A stretch of 64,000 bases of DNA from Petromyzon marinus (taxonomy: Eukaryota). How positions within the stretch are numbered: the first letter of the stretch is position 1; each line of letters begins with the position of its first letter. Shown here one piece after another: positions 39,680 to 55,800 of the stretch. The stretch covers positions 10,881,698-10,945,697 of the forward strand of contig NC_133715.1 of assembly GCF_048934315.1 (NCBI RefSeq). The letters run 5' to 3'. The notes under the pieces were generated by a model. That model was not told the DNA's origin, searched no databases, and was given only the letters and a program-made list of their open reading frames with translations. The position numbers were made by a program, and so were the translations under genes.

Positions 39680-40981
39680 GTGTGGCTCTCCGTGCTCTTC
39701 ATCTTCCGAATCCTCGTGTTGGGAGCGGCGGCCGAGAGCGTGTGGGGCGACGAGCAGGCGGGTTTCCGTTGCAACACGCAGCAGCCTGGCTGCGAGAACG
39801 TCTGCTACGACGAGGCCTTCCCCATCTCGCACATCCGCTTCTGGGTGCTCCAGATCATCTTCGTGTCCACGCCGGCGCTCGTCTACCTGGGCCACGTGCT
39901 GCACATCATGCGAATGGAGTCGCGCAGGAAGGAGGAGCTCGAGGAATGGAGGAAGCTGCACCCCAACGAGGACGAGGACGACTGCAAGGCGCTCCTCGAC
40001 GGTGGCAAGGGCAGAAAGGGCGGCCCGCCGAAGCTAAGGAAGACCTACGTGAACGACCAGGGCAAGGTGTGCATCAAGGGCGCGTTGCTCCGCACCTACG
40101 TGCTCAGCATCTTCAGCAGGACCATCTTCGAGGTGGGCTTCATCGTGGGCCAGTACTTCCTCTACGGCTTCAGCCTGGGACCGCTCTACCGCTGCAGCAG
40201 GAGCCCGTGCCCCAATGTGGTCGACTGCTTCATCTCGCGTCCCACCGAGAAGACCATCTTCATCCTCTTCATGCTTGTGGTGGCCTGCCTCTCGCTGCTG
40301 CTCAACCTCTTGGAGATGTACCACCTGGGCTGGAAGAAGATCCGCAAGGGGCTCGGCAAGCGCTACGAAAAGATGAGTCAGCAGCAGCAACAGCAGCAGC
40401 AGCAGCAGTCCGCGATGAAACACCACCCGCCCTCGCTCGACCAACACTCGGTGAAGACCTCCTCGCAGCCCATCTCCTACACCTACTACCAGCCGCCCAC
40501 AGATGAACGCAACTACGACCCGCCGAGTTTCCGCACGGCGACCAGAGACCTCGTCGCGGGGGGACGTCTCGCCGCGCAGGGCGTGGACGGGCAGAATTGG
40601 GCCAACTGGGAGGAGGAGGAGAGGCGGCGGGTTGCTCAGGCCACGAGCGGCGACGCGAGGCACACGAGGCACGCGCCACAGCCCGTGAGCCGCAGCCTCG
40701 CGATGCGCACTCCGCCACCGCCGCACGGCGCTCCACCTCCGCCCGCGTCGCCGCTGCTGCTGCTGCAGCCCTGGGCCGCGTCCTCTCCTGCCGCCTGTCC
40801 ATCATCCTCGGCCGCCGTCGCTGCCGCTCTGGCTGCGGCTCTGGAGGACGAGGCGGAGGTTCTGACGGCTACGGTGCAGTTGCACGACCCGCCTCTGCAC
40901 TCGGGAGGCGAGCACGACATCGATCTGAGGAGGTTGAGCAGGGCAAGCAGTAGGGTGCGCTCAGATGACCTGCAGGTGTAG
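39680..40981 (+). CDS. gja3: gja3 (Cx46)-like connexin, coding exon 2 (TM1 through C-terminus, ends ...[10 protein letters not shown] then stop)
   Basis: A polypyrimidine tract precedes cacgaAG|GTGTGG. The exon then reads [76 protein letters not shown] ... [23 protein letters not shown] ... YHLGWKK ... [16 protein letters not shown]. This is Cx46/Cx50-like throughout. It is in frame with exon 1 across a phase-0 intron. Confidence 0.9.
   Translation: MWLSVLFIFRILVLGAAAESVWGDEQAGFRCNTQQPGCENVCYDEAFPISHIRFWVLQIIFVSTPALVYLGHVLHIMRMESRRKEELEEWRKLHPNEDEDDCKALLDGGKGRKGGPPKLRKTYVNDQGKVCIKGALLRTYVLSIFSRTIFEVGFIVGQYFLYGFSLGPLYRCSRSPCPNVVDCFISRPTEKTIFILFMLVVACLSLLLNLLEMYHLGWKKIRKGLGKRYEKMSQQQQQQQQQQSAMKHHPPSLDQHSVKTSSQPISYTYYQPPTDERNYDPPSFRTATRDLVAGGRLAAQGVDGQNWANWEEEERRRVAQATSGDARHTRHAPQPVSRSLAMRTPPPPHGAPPPPASPLLLLQPWAASSPAACPSSSAAVAAALAAALEDEAEVLTATVQLHDPPLHSGGEHDIDLRRLSRASSRVRSDDLQV
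40379..40408 (+). repeat. (CAG/CAA)n run encoding a poly-Q tract of about 10 residues in the gja3-like C-terminal tail
   Basis: The sequence reads cagcagcagcaacagcagcagcagcagcag in frame, giving [17 protein letters not shown]. Confidence 0.9.
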
Positions 40982-41118
40982 CCCCCACGTCCGCCTCGAC
41001 TCAGCCGCGCGTGTTGGTTTTGAGAGAGAACATTTATAAAAAAAAATTTTACCGTGAGATTCTCATTTATTTGAATCAATCATGGTTCCAATATGGATCA
41101 AGGTGGGCCCCTTTTCCC

Positions 41119-41124
41119 AATAAA
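41119..41124 (+). promoter_or_regulatory. Candidate AATAAA polyadenylation signal about 140 nt after the gja3-like stop
   Basis: AATAAA occurs in an AT-rich stretch downstream of the stop codon. The true 3'UTR may be longer. Confidence 0.25.
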
Positions 41125-42629
41125 TTAAATAGCTTTCTCCATTTGCGAGCTTCAGTCCAGAATCTGCAAGATTTCTTGAAGCACCTCCCATTAGCACTGT
41201 TGGCTACGTACGGTGCGAAAAAAGTTAAACATAGATACAAGCAGATTAAAGGACTGCATTGGCATACAACCATAGGCAGACAAATATACCCGGTAGTTTC
41301 GAGAGGGAACCGTTTGTAACATGGGACGATAATTGACTGCCTCATAGTTGGAGATGACCAGGTACGGTGAAAACCATTTTGTCGAATTAAAAAAAATCTG
41401 AAGGTTTTTCATAGATTTACATTCGCAGAGAGTGGGTATACAATCCCTTTAAGAGTGACGCATGGATAATTCAACTGGCTTACACTAAAAAATGTCATCA
41501 ATATGTGACACGCAATGGTCTGTCAAACACGTTCAGCTGCGTGGATGGATCACAACTCGGCCAAGTGACACATTCCTGGAGAGACAAAGAATCGATCCCT
41601 CGCCGCGACGATTTTTGTCAACGCATCTCCCTCTCTTCCCCTCTCACAGGTCAGATTGTACGTACAATTTTGAAGTTGGCGTGTTCACATTCCGTAAGAT
41701 GTGGTGTCATGAGCTCACCGGAGCCCAAGAGCTCCACGTGCTCGCTTCTCCGTGCCGTGCCGGCCACTCGACACGTCATGCCGAGTCGCCGTTGTCCGTC
41801 GTGGTCCCACGGCGTCGCTTGTCAGATACCGTAGTATTGTCTGCATTATAAAGACGTTCCAGAAAATTAAGAGGCACCTCTTCCATACCCCCCATCCCCC
41901 CCCCCCCCAACGCTTTATCGGTGTCAATATAGTTCTACAAATCTAATCTTACACACACACACCGGATTATAATACGCACCCTTTCCCACAAAATTTACTT
42001 TAAAATACAGATGGGGGGTGCATCGTGTAATCGGTATAGTACGGTAACACACCACTGTCTGACGGAACGAGCTCTCGGGCAACAGCAGTGAACACAGCAA
42101 TGTAGAGGTGGTAAAGGATTAGCTCACAGGCTAACACAATGGACCAAGTGCACAGCCACTGATAGATGAGGGCCTCCCCACTCCCTGAGGGTCGTAGGGT
42201 TCACTTGGACCATACTTCACGATGGTCAGTACGGGTTGCTGTGGGCGGGTAGATACCCCAGCAGCCTGTAACACCTGTGAATGCATTATAGTCGCACATC
42301 CTAGCACTATCCTGGCCCAAAGCTGCTTTGGTAGTGTGCAGTAAAGTCCATTCTACTTCTGTGTTCACACCTCCCATGCACCCCCCCCCCCCAACCCGCA
42401 TGAACCAACCCGCATGAACCAGCGTGGTGAAGTATGGTAAAAGAACCCCAATGACCCGCACGGCGTGGGTGAGCCCCTTGTCCAGCAGTGCAATCAAAAT
42501 GGGCTAGATATGTCAATGTAATTCTTCTGTACAGAGCAGCATTGTAGGCTAAATGCAAGCACTTTTGACTCTTGGTTGTGCTATTTGTTTAGCATAGGCA
42601 TGTGTGCGTGTAGTTCTGTGCAGATATGG

Positions 42630-42930
42630 TGGGGAGTGGTGGTGGGCGCTACGTTGCCCTACGAACCCGGTGACCCGAGTTCGATTCCCGCTCACAGCCA
42701 ACACCAGTGACCTTTAACTGAACCCGTCCTGGGTCTCCCCTAGGTCAACTCAGCCTCAAATGAGTACCTGGTGCAGTGTATAAAGATCGCCACTAGGAGG
42801 ACAAAGGCGGCCGAGCGTGGTGCTGGCCACCCAAACCCTCGTGTGCCGTGCCGGCCTTCACAGGTGCTGCTCGCTAACAGCACTTGCCCCAACAGTCTGT
42901 TATGGCTATACGGGGGATCTTTGTAACATG
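42630..42930 (+). mobile_element. tRNA-derived SINE, family A
   Basis: Starts ggggagtggtggtgggcgctacg... and shares the family-A head, central box, and tail described above. Confidence 0.7.
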
Positions 42931-44994
42931 TCTCTATGCAGCGCCTAATTTCTGGGGCGTTGGTCTGGAAAATGTTGGCACGCCACATCCCTCTCACGAT
43001 ATTTTGTCCTCACATTTGTTATAAACCTGTGCATGGGATGACAGTAATTCTAAGGGTACGGTAATACAAGATTATCACTGCTGGGCATACCGTGTACTCT
43101 CGTGGTAGTGCCTTACGCCGATAGTTATCCTTACTCCAAGCCAGCCCAGCAGCATTTCAGAAAATATCTAGCGATAAATTAATCTCCGCGTGTATTTATA
43201 TACACACCCACACATTTAGGTTATAAATGTTATGCATAATAGACTGTCTGTCTGCACACGAGCAGGGGCAATGCGACGAATGGATGCACACAGCATCGGC
43301 GTGTGATGGGCGTGAACTGTCGGAACACCGCGATTGACGACCTCCCTGGTTCGACTCCTGACTACGGTGCACAATGTTGGTCAATGGTATTCTAATCATG
43401 CTCTGGGTGTCCCAGTAGGTTGACTCAGCATTAACTGAGTACCCGTATTAAAAATTACAATTCGGATACATTTAGAGACAAAGGCGGCCTAGGAGTGCGT
43501 GGTGTGTGCGCTACCACTCTCGTTGTGCGCTGTGCCGGCATCAGTCGGCACGCGCCCTCGCTAACAGCGCGTGTCCTGGCTCAGGAGCGGCCTTTGTCGT
43601 ATGTGCGAGTGTACAAATTGGACATTAATGCAGCCTTATTCATAACGTGTTACGGGCTACACCTTCAGGAATGTGATCGATACTAGATAGTATTTATAGC
43701 CGTAACAACCAATGTAAGACGTAAAGTAATGAAAACGAATGTAAATTAAAAAACACTATCGATAGGGAATGTTTACTATGACCACCTTATATCCACCAAG
43801 GCGACCACACGTACAGCAAGTGGGTTGCTAGCCCCACGTCTGTGCAACTCTTCGCCTCTCGTGTGAGTGAGGGGGTCATTGTTACTCCCATGTAGAGTTT
43901 AAGAAAGAAAAAAGCTCCAAAAAAAGTAGTTTGGTACAAACATCGACAGCGAGCACCTCCCTGCACGACAGACACTAAGTGAATGCTTGTCTCTTGCATT
44001 AAACACTATCCGTGAGCATCACCACCACCATCATCGCAGTACTTGCAGGGTTGCGATGCGCAGTTTGTTTTTGAAATGTTGGGCTCAATCAGCGGTGGGG
44101 TTACAGCGGCTACATACAAACATTAATATCTGGTTTCTTTATATAAAAATCTGTTATTCTCACGAAGACCAAACTTTTCTCATGTCCCCTTTTTGTGACA
44201 TCGCCATTCAAATGCCTTCTTGTGACATTAAATTATAACTTAGAACAATGTCAAAATATATGTGTAACAGAAAGTCAAAGAAACCAGCAATGCAGCCACT
44301 GAAACATCGCGAAGCCCAATTCTGGATTTCAGGTTCAGTTTCTCTATTTTGGTATAGCCCTGTGAGTCATTCGGCTCTTGAATCGGGTGCAACCACAACA
44401 AACAAAAAAACGAAAAACACGAACAAGAAAAACATCTTAAAGTGACTTTGTGTTGACTGTGGATCGCACGATCCACCACTTGCCACAGCAGCGAGAGTCG
44501 CTCCCCACGGTGTGGGGACTACAACGGGACTGCCTTGGCACCAGCTCATAAACACTCAAAGCAGTTCGTCTAGAACTGCTTCGAGTGCTTAGTTTGTTCT
44601 CCTTCCCCAGCACCTCCGATTAGCGCGGTTGGCTACGTACGGCGCGAAAGAAGTTCAACGTACGTACGTAAACGTCGCGTCTCTGTGCAGCGTGGTAACT
44701 CAGGTTAACAACAGGCAAGCCACGACACAATCTGGACACACGATCGACAATAGAACCGTGGCCTTTAAAGGAACATACGTATAATTGGTGACGTGTTGGA
44801 CAATGACTCCTCTTTATCGCACAGCGAGGGTCATTGCCCGACACGTCGCCGATTGTAAATACATCCTTGAAGGTCGCAGTGTTATTGACGAATGTGTTGA
44901 ATGTGCCGTTACTTGTGCGTGTCCACCACTGCCAGGACAAGCAGCAGCAGCGTCACCAAATAGTTTGATTAACAATTAGTCAGCACTGCTTTGC

Positions 44995-45260
44995 ACGATG
45001 CCACGGTGGCTAGGAGATGTTAACTACCTCTCCTGGTATACAGGAGGTCGTGGGTTCCACCCCGACCCTGACGCCTGCTGTCTATCTGTAGTCTGCGTGT
45101 CTCTCTCCCCGTGGTCGCGTGAACTTTTCTCTAAGCCCTCCAGGTTTCCCTCCACGTTTAGAATCCACTTGTTAGAGTATTGGGCTGCTATAAATTACCA
45201 CATGTTAAGCCACTTCGTTGGACTATCATCTCTTGACCAGTTTCAGTTTTCTAGAATCGA
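44995..45260 (+). mobile_element. tRNA-derived SINE, family D. Other copies lie on the minus strand at about 7270-7510 and 58800-59060
   Basis: The three copies share GGTGGMTAGGAGATGTTAACTRCCTCKCCTGGTATRCAGGAGGTCGTGRGTTCGATCCCGACCCTGAC... and a tail of ...GTGTCTCTCTCCC..GTGGTCGCGTG. The ORF-track peptides GEMLT..P..QE.VSSIP.LTPVY.EF.C.S.CGRV.F.P from 7099-7548 and 58770-59084 are this same repeat read in one frame. Confidence 0.6.
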
Positions 45261-47282
45261 GAGCTACGATTTAATTTCCATTTGTTCCTTCAGAAATCCC
45301 GCCAGCCCACGGCCCCCACCTCGCCTCCGCCCCCTCCAAAAACCGCGACTTATCCACCCGTGTTATTTCTAGGCCACTGTAGAACAGAAATATATGATTA
45401 TGCATTTGAAATGTCTTGCCAAAAATGTTGTAATTTCAAAGATGTTGGATCTATGCACAAATGCAATGCATTTTAAATAATGTACTTACGTCTAGTAAAG
45501 CCTAAACAACACACGTGTTTCAACACATGGGGAAATCAACATTGGTATCGTCAAAAAATAACGTTTGCACTGTTATTATATGGTAGTATACCTAATTTAA
45601 TATGCACTAATTGCTTAATACTTGACAAACGCAACGTATATTTCGTATGCAGGCTTTAACTGTGTGTTGCCTTATCTCCTGTGTCCGGTGATTGAAATGA
45701 ACGTAAACATATTTGCGAGTTAAAGGCGCAGACCCTGCAATCGCTTGCTCACGCCACTGCTGGTAGAATGCGGCCTCTACGAGAGGGGGGAGGCCGGGCG
45801 TGCGCCTCCTAGAGGGCATTTGGCCGAATCTCCCCCCCTGAGCAGATTTCCTGGAAGAGGAAGGAGTCCCCCACGTTCCACCCCAACGCACACCACCTGC
45901 CGATCGTCTAACCGCGCTCCTGTGCATTTTATTTGCACGCTTTGCATTAGACAATTCTAGAGTATAAATGTCTCAGTATGCATTACCGTGAGTGTAATAC
46001 TGTACTGCGATTAACAACTAAACACTATCGTGTTACCATCACTGCCTGAACTGACAACAAACGATATCAGGGATGACCTTTTTGTGTATGTGGCCACATA
46101 TGCAATGAATATCATGGGTCGCTACTTTTTATACAGAAATATAAACTCGACCTCAAGAGCAATCGGGTGATGTGAGTTCGGCACGATTGTCCGAAGTTTC
46201 GCTCCACGTGTGCTGGAAGCTTAATCAGCAACACTGGATCTTTCAGACTGCGCCTGCCATCAGTACAGGATTTTTGGTCTGACACATGACTATTTGTGAA
46301 ACGTCATATCCTACGATGTTCTGCAATAGATCATAGCACAGCAAACGACAATAAGATAGCATCAAAGACTATGAAGAATCACTCAGCTACTGGTCAACGA
46401 GGTAGCATGGCATTGAACACTGGTTACGGACCATGCAAAATAAGTGTTGAGACTTGTGATATTTTTAAAATGTGGAGCTTCCCCGCATAATTGTTTCAAG
46501 CGTGCTTTCGGCATCCTGCTGTGGCACAAGACGGAGACAAAACGTGCATTTCGCAACGTTCTGGAGACAGCAGGGTGCCAGCTGATGTTCCAGAAGCAGC
46601 CTCGAGAAGGTGGTGTCACTGAACTGCCTTGTGAGGTTCCTTGAATAGCTTGTTTGTACTCATCAGCTGGTGCACGTGTTACACAAAGAATGTGCATCAC
46701 ATGCCATACAGACCAAGCACGATACATTCTTCTAGCCAGAATAAAGCCTCATGAAGTGAATGAAACCAATTGTGACGAGATGGGTTTTTAAACATGGCTT
46801 TTTTTTTCTTTAACGCAGCCAAATGCTGACTGGTAAGCAACTCGCTACGCAGCTAGGTGCAGGCCGGTGCTGGGCCCAGGCATGTGCCACGCGGGGACAG
46901 CTGCCATTGGGGGTTCCCCTGGGCCCGCCTGCAGCAGGCGGTGCATTTGAGTGGTTGACATTGGACGTGAAGTTCGGCTGAGGCATCTAAGCAAGCGCCC
47001 ACGCACAGCAAGTCCAAATTCGAAAATCGGGTTTCATCACGTGTAGTTGTAACAACGCGGATTCGAACTGGCAACGTTTCGCACTCAAATCCATCGGCTC
47101 GGTGCTCTGAGACGGTGAGCGCTGATCTTGATCCGTGTTCGGGCTTTCTCTTTGGAAGGAGAAGATGACAATACTGAGTCTGCTTTGCTAGTTCATAGGC
47201 CTTGCACGTGTGGTTTGGTTGACACAGCAACAGTTGCAATGCGTTCGCAACCAAGTACTAACGTTAAACGGTTGCATTTTTA

Positions 47283-47405
47283 TTGTTATTCTTGGGTCTT
47301 TCGGTAAAGTCACGTAGATAGGTTCAAACCTATCTACGTGACCTATCTACGTGACTTTGCCGAAAGACTTCCTGCAGTCACGAAAGTTTCAAGTTGAGAT
47401 TTCCA
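47283..47405. mobile_element. Short MITE-like palindrome of the same family as the element at 10537
   Basis: Reads tctttcggtaaagtcacgtagataggttcaaacctatctacgtgacctatctacgtgactttgccgaaagacttcctgcagtcacgaaag. Solo ends of the family occur at about 36410-36520, 15140-15180 and 30270-30300. Confidence 0.55.
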
Positions 47406-48031
47406 TTTATTGTTGTTGATTTTTTTTCTCTCTTCTCATTTTACAATAAAACATAAACTCGATTATATTTTTGTTCTCGCCGTGTTTGTTGCAAGCCCAG
47501 CATGCGTTAAGAACCATTCAAGCCGCGCGTATCGGATTTACGCAATGCTTTGCTAAGCGCTCCGTTTGTGCCTTGACGTGAGCTGAGCTACTTTTGATGA
47601 AATCCTTTTAATTAAGAAATAAAATTTACGCAACCCTTTTCAACAATTCCTGCTGTGGTCTCTGCTCGGAACTCTTCTTCGGTGCTTGATTTCCGTCACT
47701 ATTTAGCGGGGACGTCCAACAGTGGTTGTCCTTTGGAAAGTGCGTCCCCGACCCCGCCATATGAATGTGGAATTTCCACCGCCGACTCTGTAAAACGGGA
47801 GTTTTCACTTTTTTTTTTGCTTGGGTCATTGGTACGCTACTGTCGTTATGAAACACGAATAGCGCCGTTGTCAATCCACTGCTGGATGAGAGCATCCCCA
47901 CCGCCTTGCAGGCAGTAAGGGTCTTTTAACCATACTTCACCACGCGGGTCAGTGGGGGGGTGGGGGGGATAGCCCACACTCGGTTTAGAAATCACTCGGC
48001 CACTCGTGCGAACCGAGGCCTTGAGTCTAGC

Positions 48032-48905
48032 GCAGGTCGCCTGGTTCTTAGTGGTTGTTCTATGGTGCAGGTGGGCGAGTTCTTAGTGGTTGTTCTAGTG
48101 CAGGTGGCCTGGTTCTTAGTGGTTGTTCTAGTGCAGGTGGCCTGGTTCTTAGTGGTTGTTCTAGTGCAGGTCACCTGGTTCTTAGTGGTTGTTCTAGTGC
48201 AGGTGGCCGAGTTCTTAGTGGTTGTTCTAGTGCAGGTGGCCTGGTTCTTAGTGGTTGTTCTAGTGCAGGTCACCGAGTTCTTAGTGGTTGTTCTATGGTG
48301 CAGGTGGCCGAGTTCTTAGTGGTTGTTCTCGTGCAGGTGGCCGAGTTCTTAGTGGTTGTTCTAGTGCAGGTGGCCGAGTTCTTAGTGGTTGTTCTATGGT
48401 GCAAGTCGCCTGGTTCTTAGTGGTTGTTCTAGTGCAGGTGGCCGAGTTCTTAGTGGTTGTTCTATGGTGCAAGTCGCCTGGTTCTTAGTGGTTGTTCTAG
48501 TGCAGGTGGCCTGGTTCTTAGTGGTTGTTCTAGTGCAGGTGGCCGAGTTCTTAGTGGTTGTTCTATGGTGCAAGTCGCCTGGTTCTTAGTGGTTGTTCTA
48601 GTGCAGGTGGCCGAGTTCTTAGTGGTTGTTCTAGTGCAGGTGGCCGAGTTCTTAGTGGTTGTTCTATGGTGCAAGTCGCCTGGTTCTTAGTGGTTGTTCT
48701 AGTGCAGGTGGCCTGGTTCTTAGTGGTTGTTCTAGTGCAGGTCACCGAGTTCTTAGTGGTTGTTCTAGTGCAGGTGGCCGAGTTCTTAGTGGTTGTTCTA
48801 GTGCAGGTCGCCTGGTTCTTAGTGGTTGTTCTATGGTGCAGGTCACCTGGTTCTTAGTGGTTGTTCTAGTGTAGGTCGTCTGGTTCTTAGTGGTGGTTCT
48901 AGCCC
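48032..48905. repeat. 33-36-bp minisatellite, about 26 copies (unit CAGGTGGCCGAGTTCTTAGTGGTTGTTCTAGTG)
   Basis: The tandem is visible in sequence. The overlapping ORFs at 47960-48874 are artefacts. Confidence 0.9.
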
Positions 48906-49867
48906 AGGGGTCGGCAGCCTGCTGTGGCTCTGTCAAGACTGCTGCTTCGTGACGTCATTAAGGAGCACCGCCGTCTCGTATTCACCAGAGTGCATTGCGA
49001 CTCCTGTAATATTCACTTTTACCGAATTCAAAAATAATAAATGGTTCTCCTTGTTATTTTGGTTACCGACCGCTGGGCTAACGACTGCACCATCGTAAAA
49101 GGCGAGTGATATTATAAATGTCTTACGGCTGTGGAAAATCGCGTATTGTGTTGGCTAAAAACTCAACAGAAGCGTCAATAGCAGTGTTTTATTACATAAA
49201 TGTATACTATTTGAGACGTTTCGGTCAATGGCCCTTCTTCATAGCACATACAAATCAATGTAAAATACAAAGATATTGGTATGCGCCTTTGCCCTAAACG
49301 TCGCCGAGTATTTATGTTCCTTCAAGGCAGCCTTATTGTTCCTGGTGTAGCTGACATCCATGTAGCGGAGCTACGGTGACTGTACTCCGCCAGGCAGTGC
49401 CACTGATGCACGTGTTGAGTTGTGTGCTGTTCGCTGCGCTTGTGCTCAGCAGCTCAGCAGCAGCCAGCCACACAGAAATCATTGAGTTCATTTCCTTTGC
49501 CCTTGAGCGCAGGAGAAAGGTGACCAAAAGGAAACGTTGTCAAAAGTTCCATCGGAGAGTCCAATAACGCGACCAGGAAGGAGTACAACCCCAGACGAGT
49601 TCAAGGTGCAGTGCGTGGAATGTCTCATCGACCTCGCCGGCTCAAGACGAAGCAGACAATCGGGCCGGCGTCCAGCTGTTATCTGTTCTTCGCCCGCTGC
49701 TGCCTGGGCTCGGTGTTCCCTTGAGCGCCGTGGTGGTCACGGGTCCAGGTCAAGCCCCTCGACAAACGCTGAGCGCACCGCTTGGGTCGCATTCCGCCAC
49801 GCGTCGCTGGTGGCGCGGCGCGTGGCGGTGCCGGGTGGCACCCAGTTAAAGGGACCACAGCACACGC

Positions 49868-52800
49868 GGCATGGCACGCACACACACACAATAAACACAC
49901 ACACACAATACACACTAAACACAGACTAAACACACAATACACACTAAACACACACTAAACACACACACAATACACAATAAACACACACACAATACACACT
50001 AAACACACACACACACAATAAACACACTAAACACACACACAATAAACACACACACTAAACACACACAATACACAATAAACACACACACTAAACACACATA
50101 ATACACAATAAACACACACACAATACACACTAAACACACACACAATACACACACAATACACAATAAACACACACACTAAACACACACAATACACAATAAA
50201 CACACACACTAAACACACACACAATACACACACTAAACACACACAATACACACTAAACACACACTAAACACACACACACACTAAACACACACACAATACA
50301 CACACTAAACACACACACACTAAACACACACACAATACACAATAAACACACACACATACTAGACACACACACAATACACACACACTAAACACACACACTA
50401 AACACACACACACAATACACACACAGAATACACAATACACACACACTAAACACACACACAATACATACACGCAATACACAATAAACACACACACTAAACA
50501 CACACAATAAACACACACTAAACACACAAAACACACACACACACTAAACACACACACTAAACACACACACAATACACAATAAACACACACACTAAACACA
50601 CACACACACAATACACACTAAACACACACAATAAACACACACACTAAACACACACACAATACACACACACACTAAACACACACACACACACACTAAACAC
50701 ACACACACAATAAACACACACACACAATACACAATAAACACACACACACACTGAACACACACACACAATAAACACACACAATACACAATAAACACACACA
50801 CACTAAACACACACACACTAAACACACACACACTAAACACACACAATACACAATAAACACACACACACATACTAGACACACACACAATACACACACACTA
50901 AACACACACACTAAACACACACACACAATACACACACACAATACACAATGCACACACACTAAACACACACAATACATACACGCAATACACAATAAACACA
51001 CACACTAAACACACACAATAAACACACACTAAACACACAAAAAACACACACACACACACTAAACACACACACTAAACACACACACAATACACAATAAACA
51101 CACACACTAAACACACACACACAATACACACTAAACACACACAATAAACACACACACTAAACACACACACAATACACACACACACTAAACACACACACAC
51201 TAAACACACACACACACAATAAACACACACACAATACACAATAAACACACACACACACTGAACACACACACACACAATAAACACACACACACAATACACA
51301 ATAAACACACACACACTAAACACACACACAATAAACACACACACAATACACATTCACAATAAACACATACACAATAAACACACACACAATACACACACAC
51401 TAAACACACACACACAATAAACACACACACACAATAAACACACACTAAACACACACACTAAACACACACACAATACACACTAAACACACACACAATAAAC
51501 ACACACACAATAAACACACACTAAACACATGCACTAAACACATACACAATACACAATAAACACACACACACTAAACACACACACTAAACACACACAATAC
51601 ACAATACACACACACACACACTAAACACACACAATACACAATAAACACACTAAACACACACACACAATACACACACAATACACAATAAACACACACACAC
51701 AATAAACACACACTAAACACACACACTAAACACACACACAATACACACTAAACACACACACAATAAACACACACACAATAAACACACACTAAACACATGC
51801 ACTAAACACATACACAATACACAATAAACACACACACACTAAACACACACACTAAACACACACAATACACAATACACACACACACACACTAAACACACAC
51901 AATACACAATAAACACACTAAACACACACACACAATACACACACAATACACAATAAACACACACACTAAACACACACAATACACAATAAACACACACTAA
52001 ACACACACAATACACACACTAAACACACACAATACACACTAAACACACACTAAACACACACACACTAAACACACACACAATACACACACTAAACACACAC
52101 ACACTAAACACACACACAATACACAATAAACACACACACATACTAGACACACACATAATACACACACACTAAACACACACACTAAACACACACACACAAC
52201 ACACACACAATACACACACACTAAACACACACACAATACATACACGCAATACACAATAAACACACACACTAAACACACACAATAAACACACACTAAACAC
52301 ACAAAAAACACACACACACACACTAAACACACACACTAAACACACACACAATACACAATAAACACACACACTAAACACACACACACAATACACACTAAAC
52401 ACACACAATAAACACACACACTAAACACACACACAATACACACACACACTAAACACACACACACTAAACACACACACACACAATAAACACACACACACAC
52501 AATACACAATAAACACACACACACACTGAACACACACACACACAATAAACACACACACACACAATAAACACACACACACTAAACACACACTAAACACACA
52601 CAATAAACACACACACAATACACATTCACAATAAACACATACACAATAAACACACACACAATACACACACACACTAAACACACACACAATAAACACACAC
52701 ACACACAATAAACACACACTAAACACACACACTAAACACACACACAATACACACTAAACACACACACAATAAACACACACTAAACACACACACTAAACAC

Positions 52801-55800
52801 ATACACAATACACAATAAACACACACACACTAAACACACACACTAAACACACACAATACACAATACACACACACTAAACACACACACAACACACACACTA
52901 AACACACACACACTAAACACACACACACACACAATAAACACACACACAATAAACACACACACACAATACACACTAAACACACACTAAACACACACACTAA
53001 ACACACACTAAACACACACACTAAACACACACACACAATACACACTAAACACACACACAATAAACACACACACAATAAACACACACTAAACACACACACT
53101 AAACACATACACAATACACAATAAACACACACACACACACTAAACACACACACTAAACACACACAATACACAATACACACACACTAAACACACACACAAC
53201 ACACACACTAAACACACACACACACACTAAACACACACACACACACAATAAACACACACACAATAAACACACACACACAATACACACTAAACACACACTA
53301 AACACACACACTAAACACACACTAAACACACACACTAAACACACACACTAAACACACACACTAAACACACGATACACAATAAACACACACACTAAACACA
53401 CACTAAACACACACACAATAGACACACACACAATACACACTAAACACACACAATACACAATAAACACAGACACTAAACACACACTAAACACACGCACAAT
53501 AGACACACACACAATACACACTAAACACACACAATACACAATAAACACACACACTAAACACACACACACTAAACACACACAATACACAATAAACACACAC
53601 AATACACAATAAACACACACACACTAAACACACACAATAAATACACACACACTAAACACACACTAAACACACACAATAAATACACACACAATAAACACAC
53701 TAAACACACACACAATACACACACAATAAACATACACAATAAATACACACAATACGCAATACACACACTTATTACACACACACAATACACACTAAACACA
53801 CACGCACACTAAACACACACACACAATACACACACACAATACACACACACACAATAAACACACACTAAACACACACTAAACACACACTAAACACACACAA
53901 TACACACACACAATAAATACACACACACATAATAAACACACTAAACACACACACAATAAACACACACACACTAAACACACACACAATAAACACACACAAT
54001 ACACACACACATGCACTAACACACACACACTAAACACACACACAATACACATTCACAATAAACACACACACAATAAACACACAAACAATACACACACATA
54101 CACTAAACACACATACTAAACACACACAATAAACACACAATAAACATACACACACAATAAACACACAATACACACACACGCACTAAACACACACACTAAA
54201 CACACACAATAAACACACACACTAAACACACAATAAACACGCACATTAAATACACACACAATACACACACACTAAACACAATAAACACACACACACTACA
54301 CACACAATAAACACACACAATAAACACACGCAATACACACTAAACACACAATAAATACGCACACAATACACACACATTAAACACACAATAAACACACACA
54401 ATACACACACAATACACACACACAATACACACACACAATACACACTAAACACACAATAAATACACACACACACAATAAACACACACAATACACAGTAAAC
54501 ACACACAATAAACACAATAAACACACACAATACACACAATAAACACACACAATAAACACACACAATAAACACACAATACACACACACTAAACACACAATA
54601 AACACACACACACTAAACACACACAATAAACACACACAATAAGCACACACAGAATAAACACACAATACACACACACAATAAACACACACACACACAATAT
54701 ATACACGCACACACACATTAAACACACATACACAATATACACGAACACAAGATAGATATATACACACACATACACAATATTTTACACACAATATACACGC
54801 ATACACAATATACACATATCTAAAGAACACACTAAACAGACACACAATAAACACACACAATAAACACACACACACAATAAACACACACACACTAAACACA
54901 CACACACAATAAACACACACACACTAAACACACACAATAAATACACACACACAATAAACACACACACAATAAAAACACACACACAATACACACACACAAT
55001 AAACACACACAATATATACACACAATATTTCTACACACAATATACACGCACACACACAATATACACACATAATATCTAAACCACACACACAACATAACAC
55101 AATATACACACAATAAATACACGCACACAATATATACACGCAATATAAACGCACACACAATATACAGACACACTAAACACACGCAATAAACCCACACACA
55201 ATAAACACACACATACTAAACACACACAATAAACACACACACAATAAACACACACACTAAATACTCCCACAATAAACACAAACATTAACACACACAACAC
55301 AATAAACACACACACAACACAATAAACACACACACAATAAAAACACACACACTAAACACACAATAAACACATACACACAATAAACACACACACTAAATAC
55401 ACCCACAATAAACACACACATTAACACACTAAACACACACAATAAATAAACACACACACACAATAAACACACACACAATAAATAAACACACAATAAACAC
55501 ACAATATATACACGCACACATAATAAACACACATACCCAATATACACGAACACAATATATACACACACAATATTTTAACACAATATACACGCACACACAA
55601 TATACACACATAATATCGAAGCAACACACACAACATACATACAATATACACACAATACACACACACAATACACACAATACAGTACACAATACACACACAA
55701 TACACACACAATACACTCACAATACACACATCACACAATACACACACACACAATACACACATACAATACACACACACACAATACACACGCACAATACACA

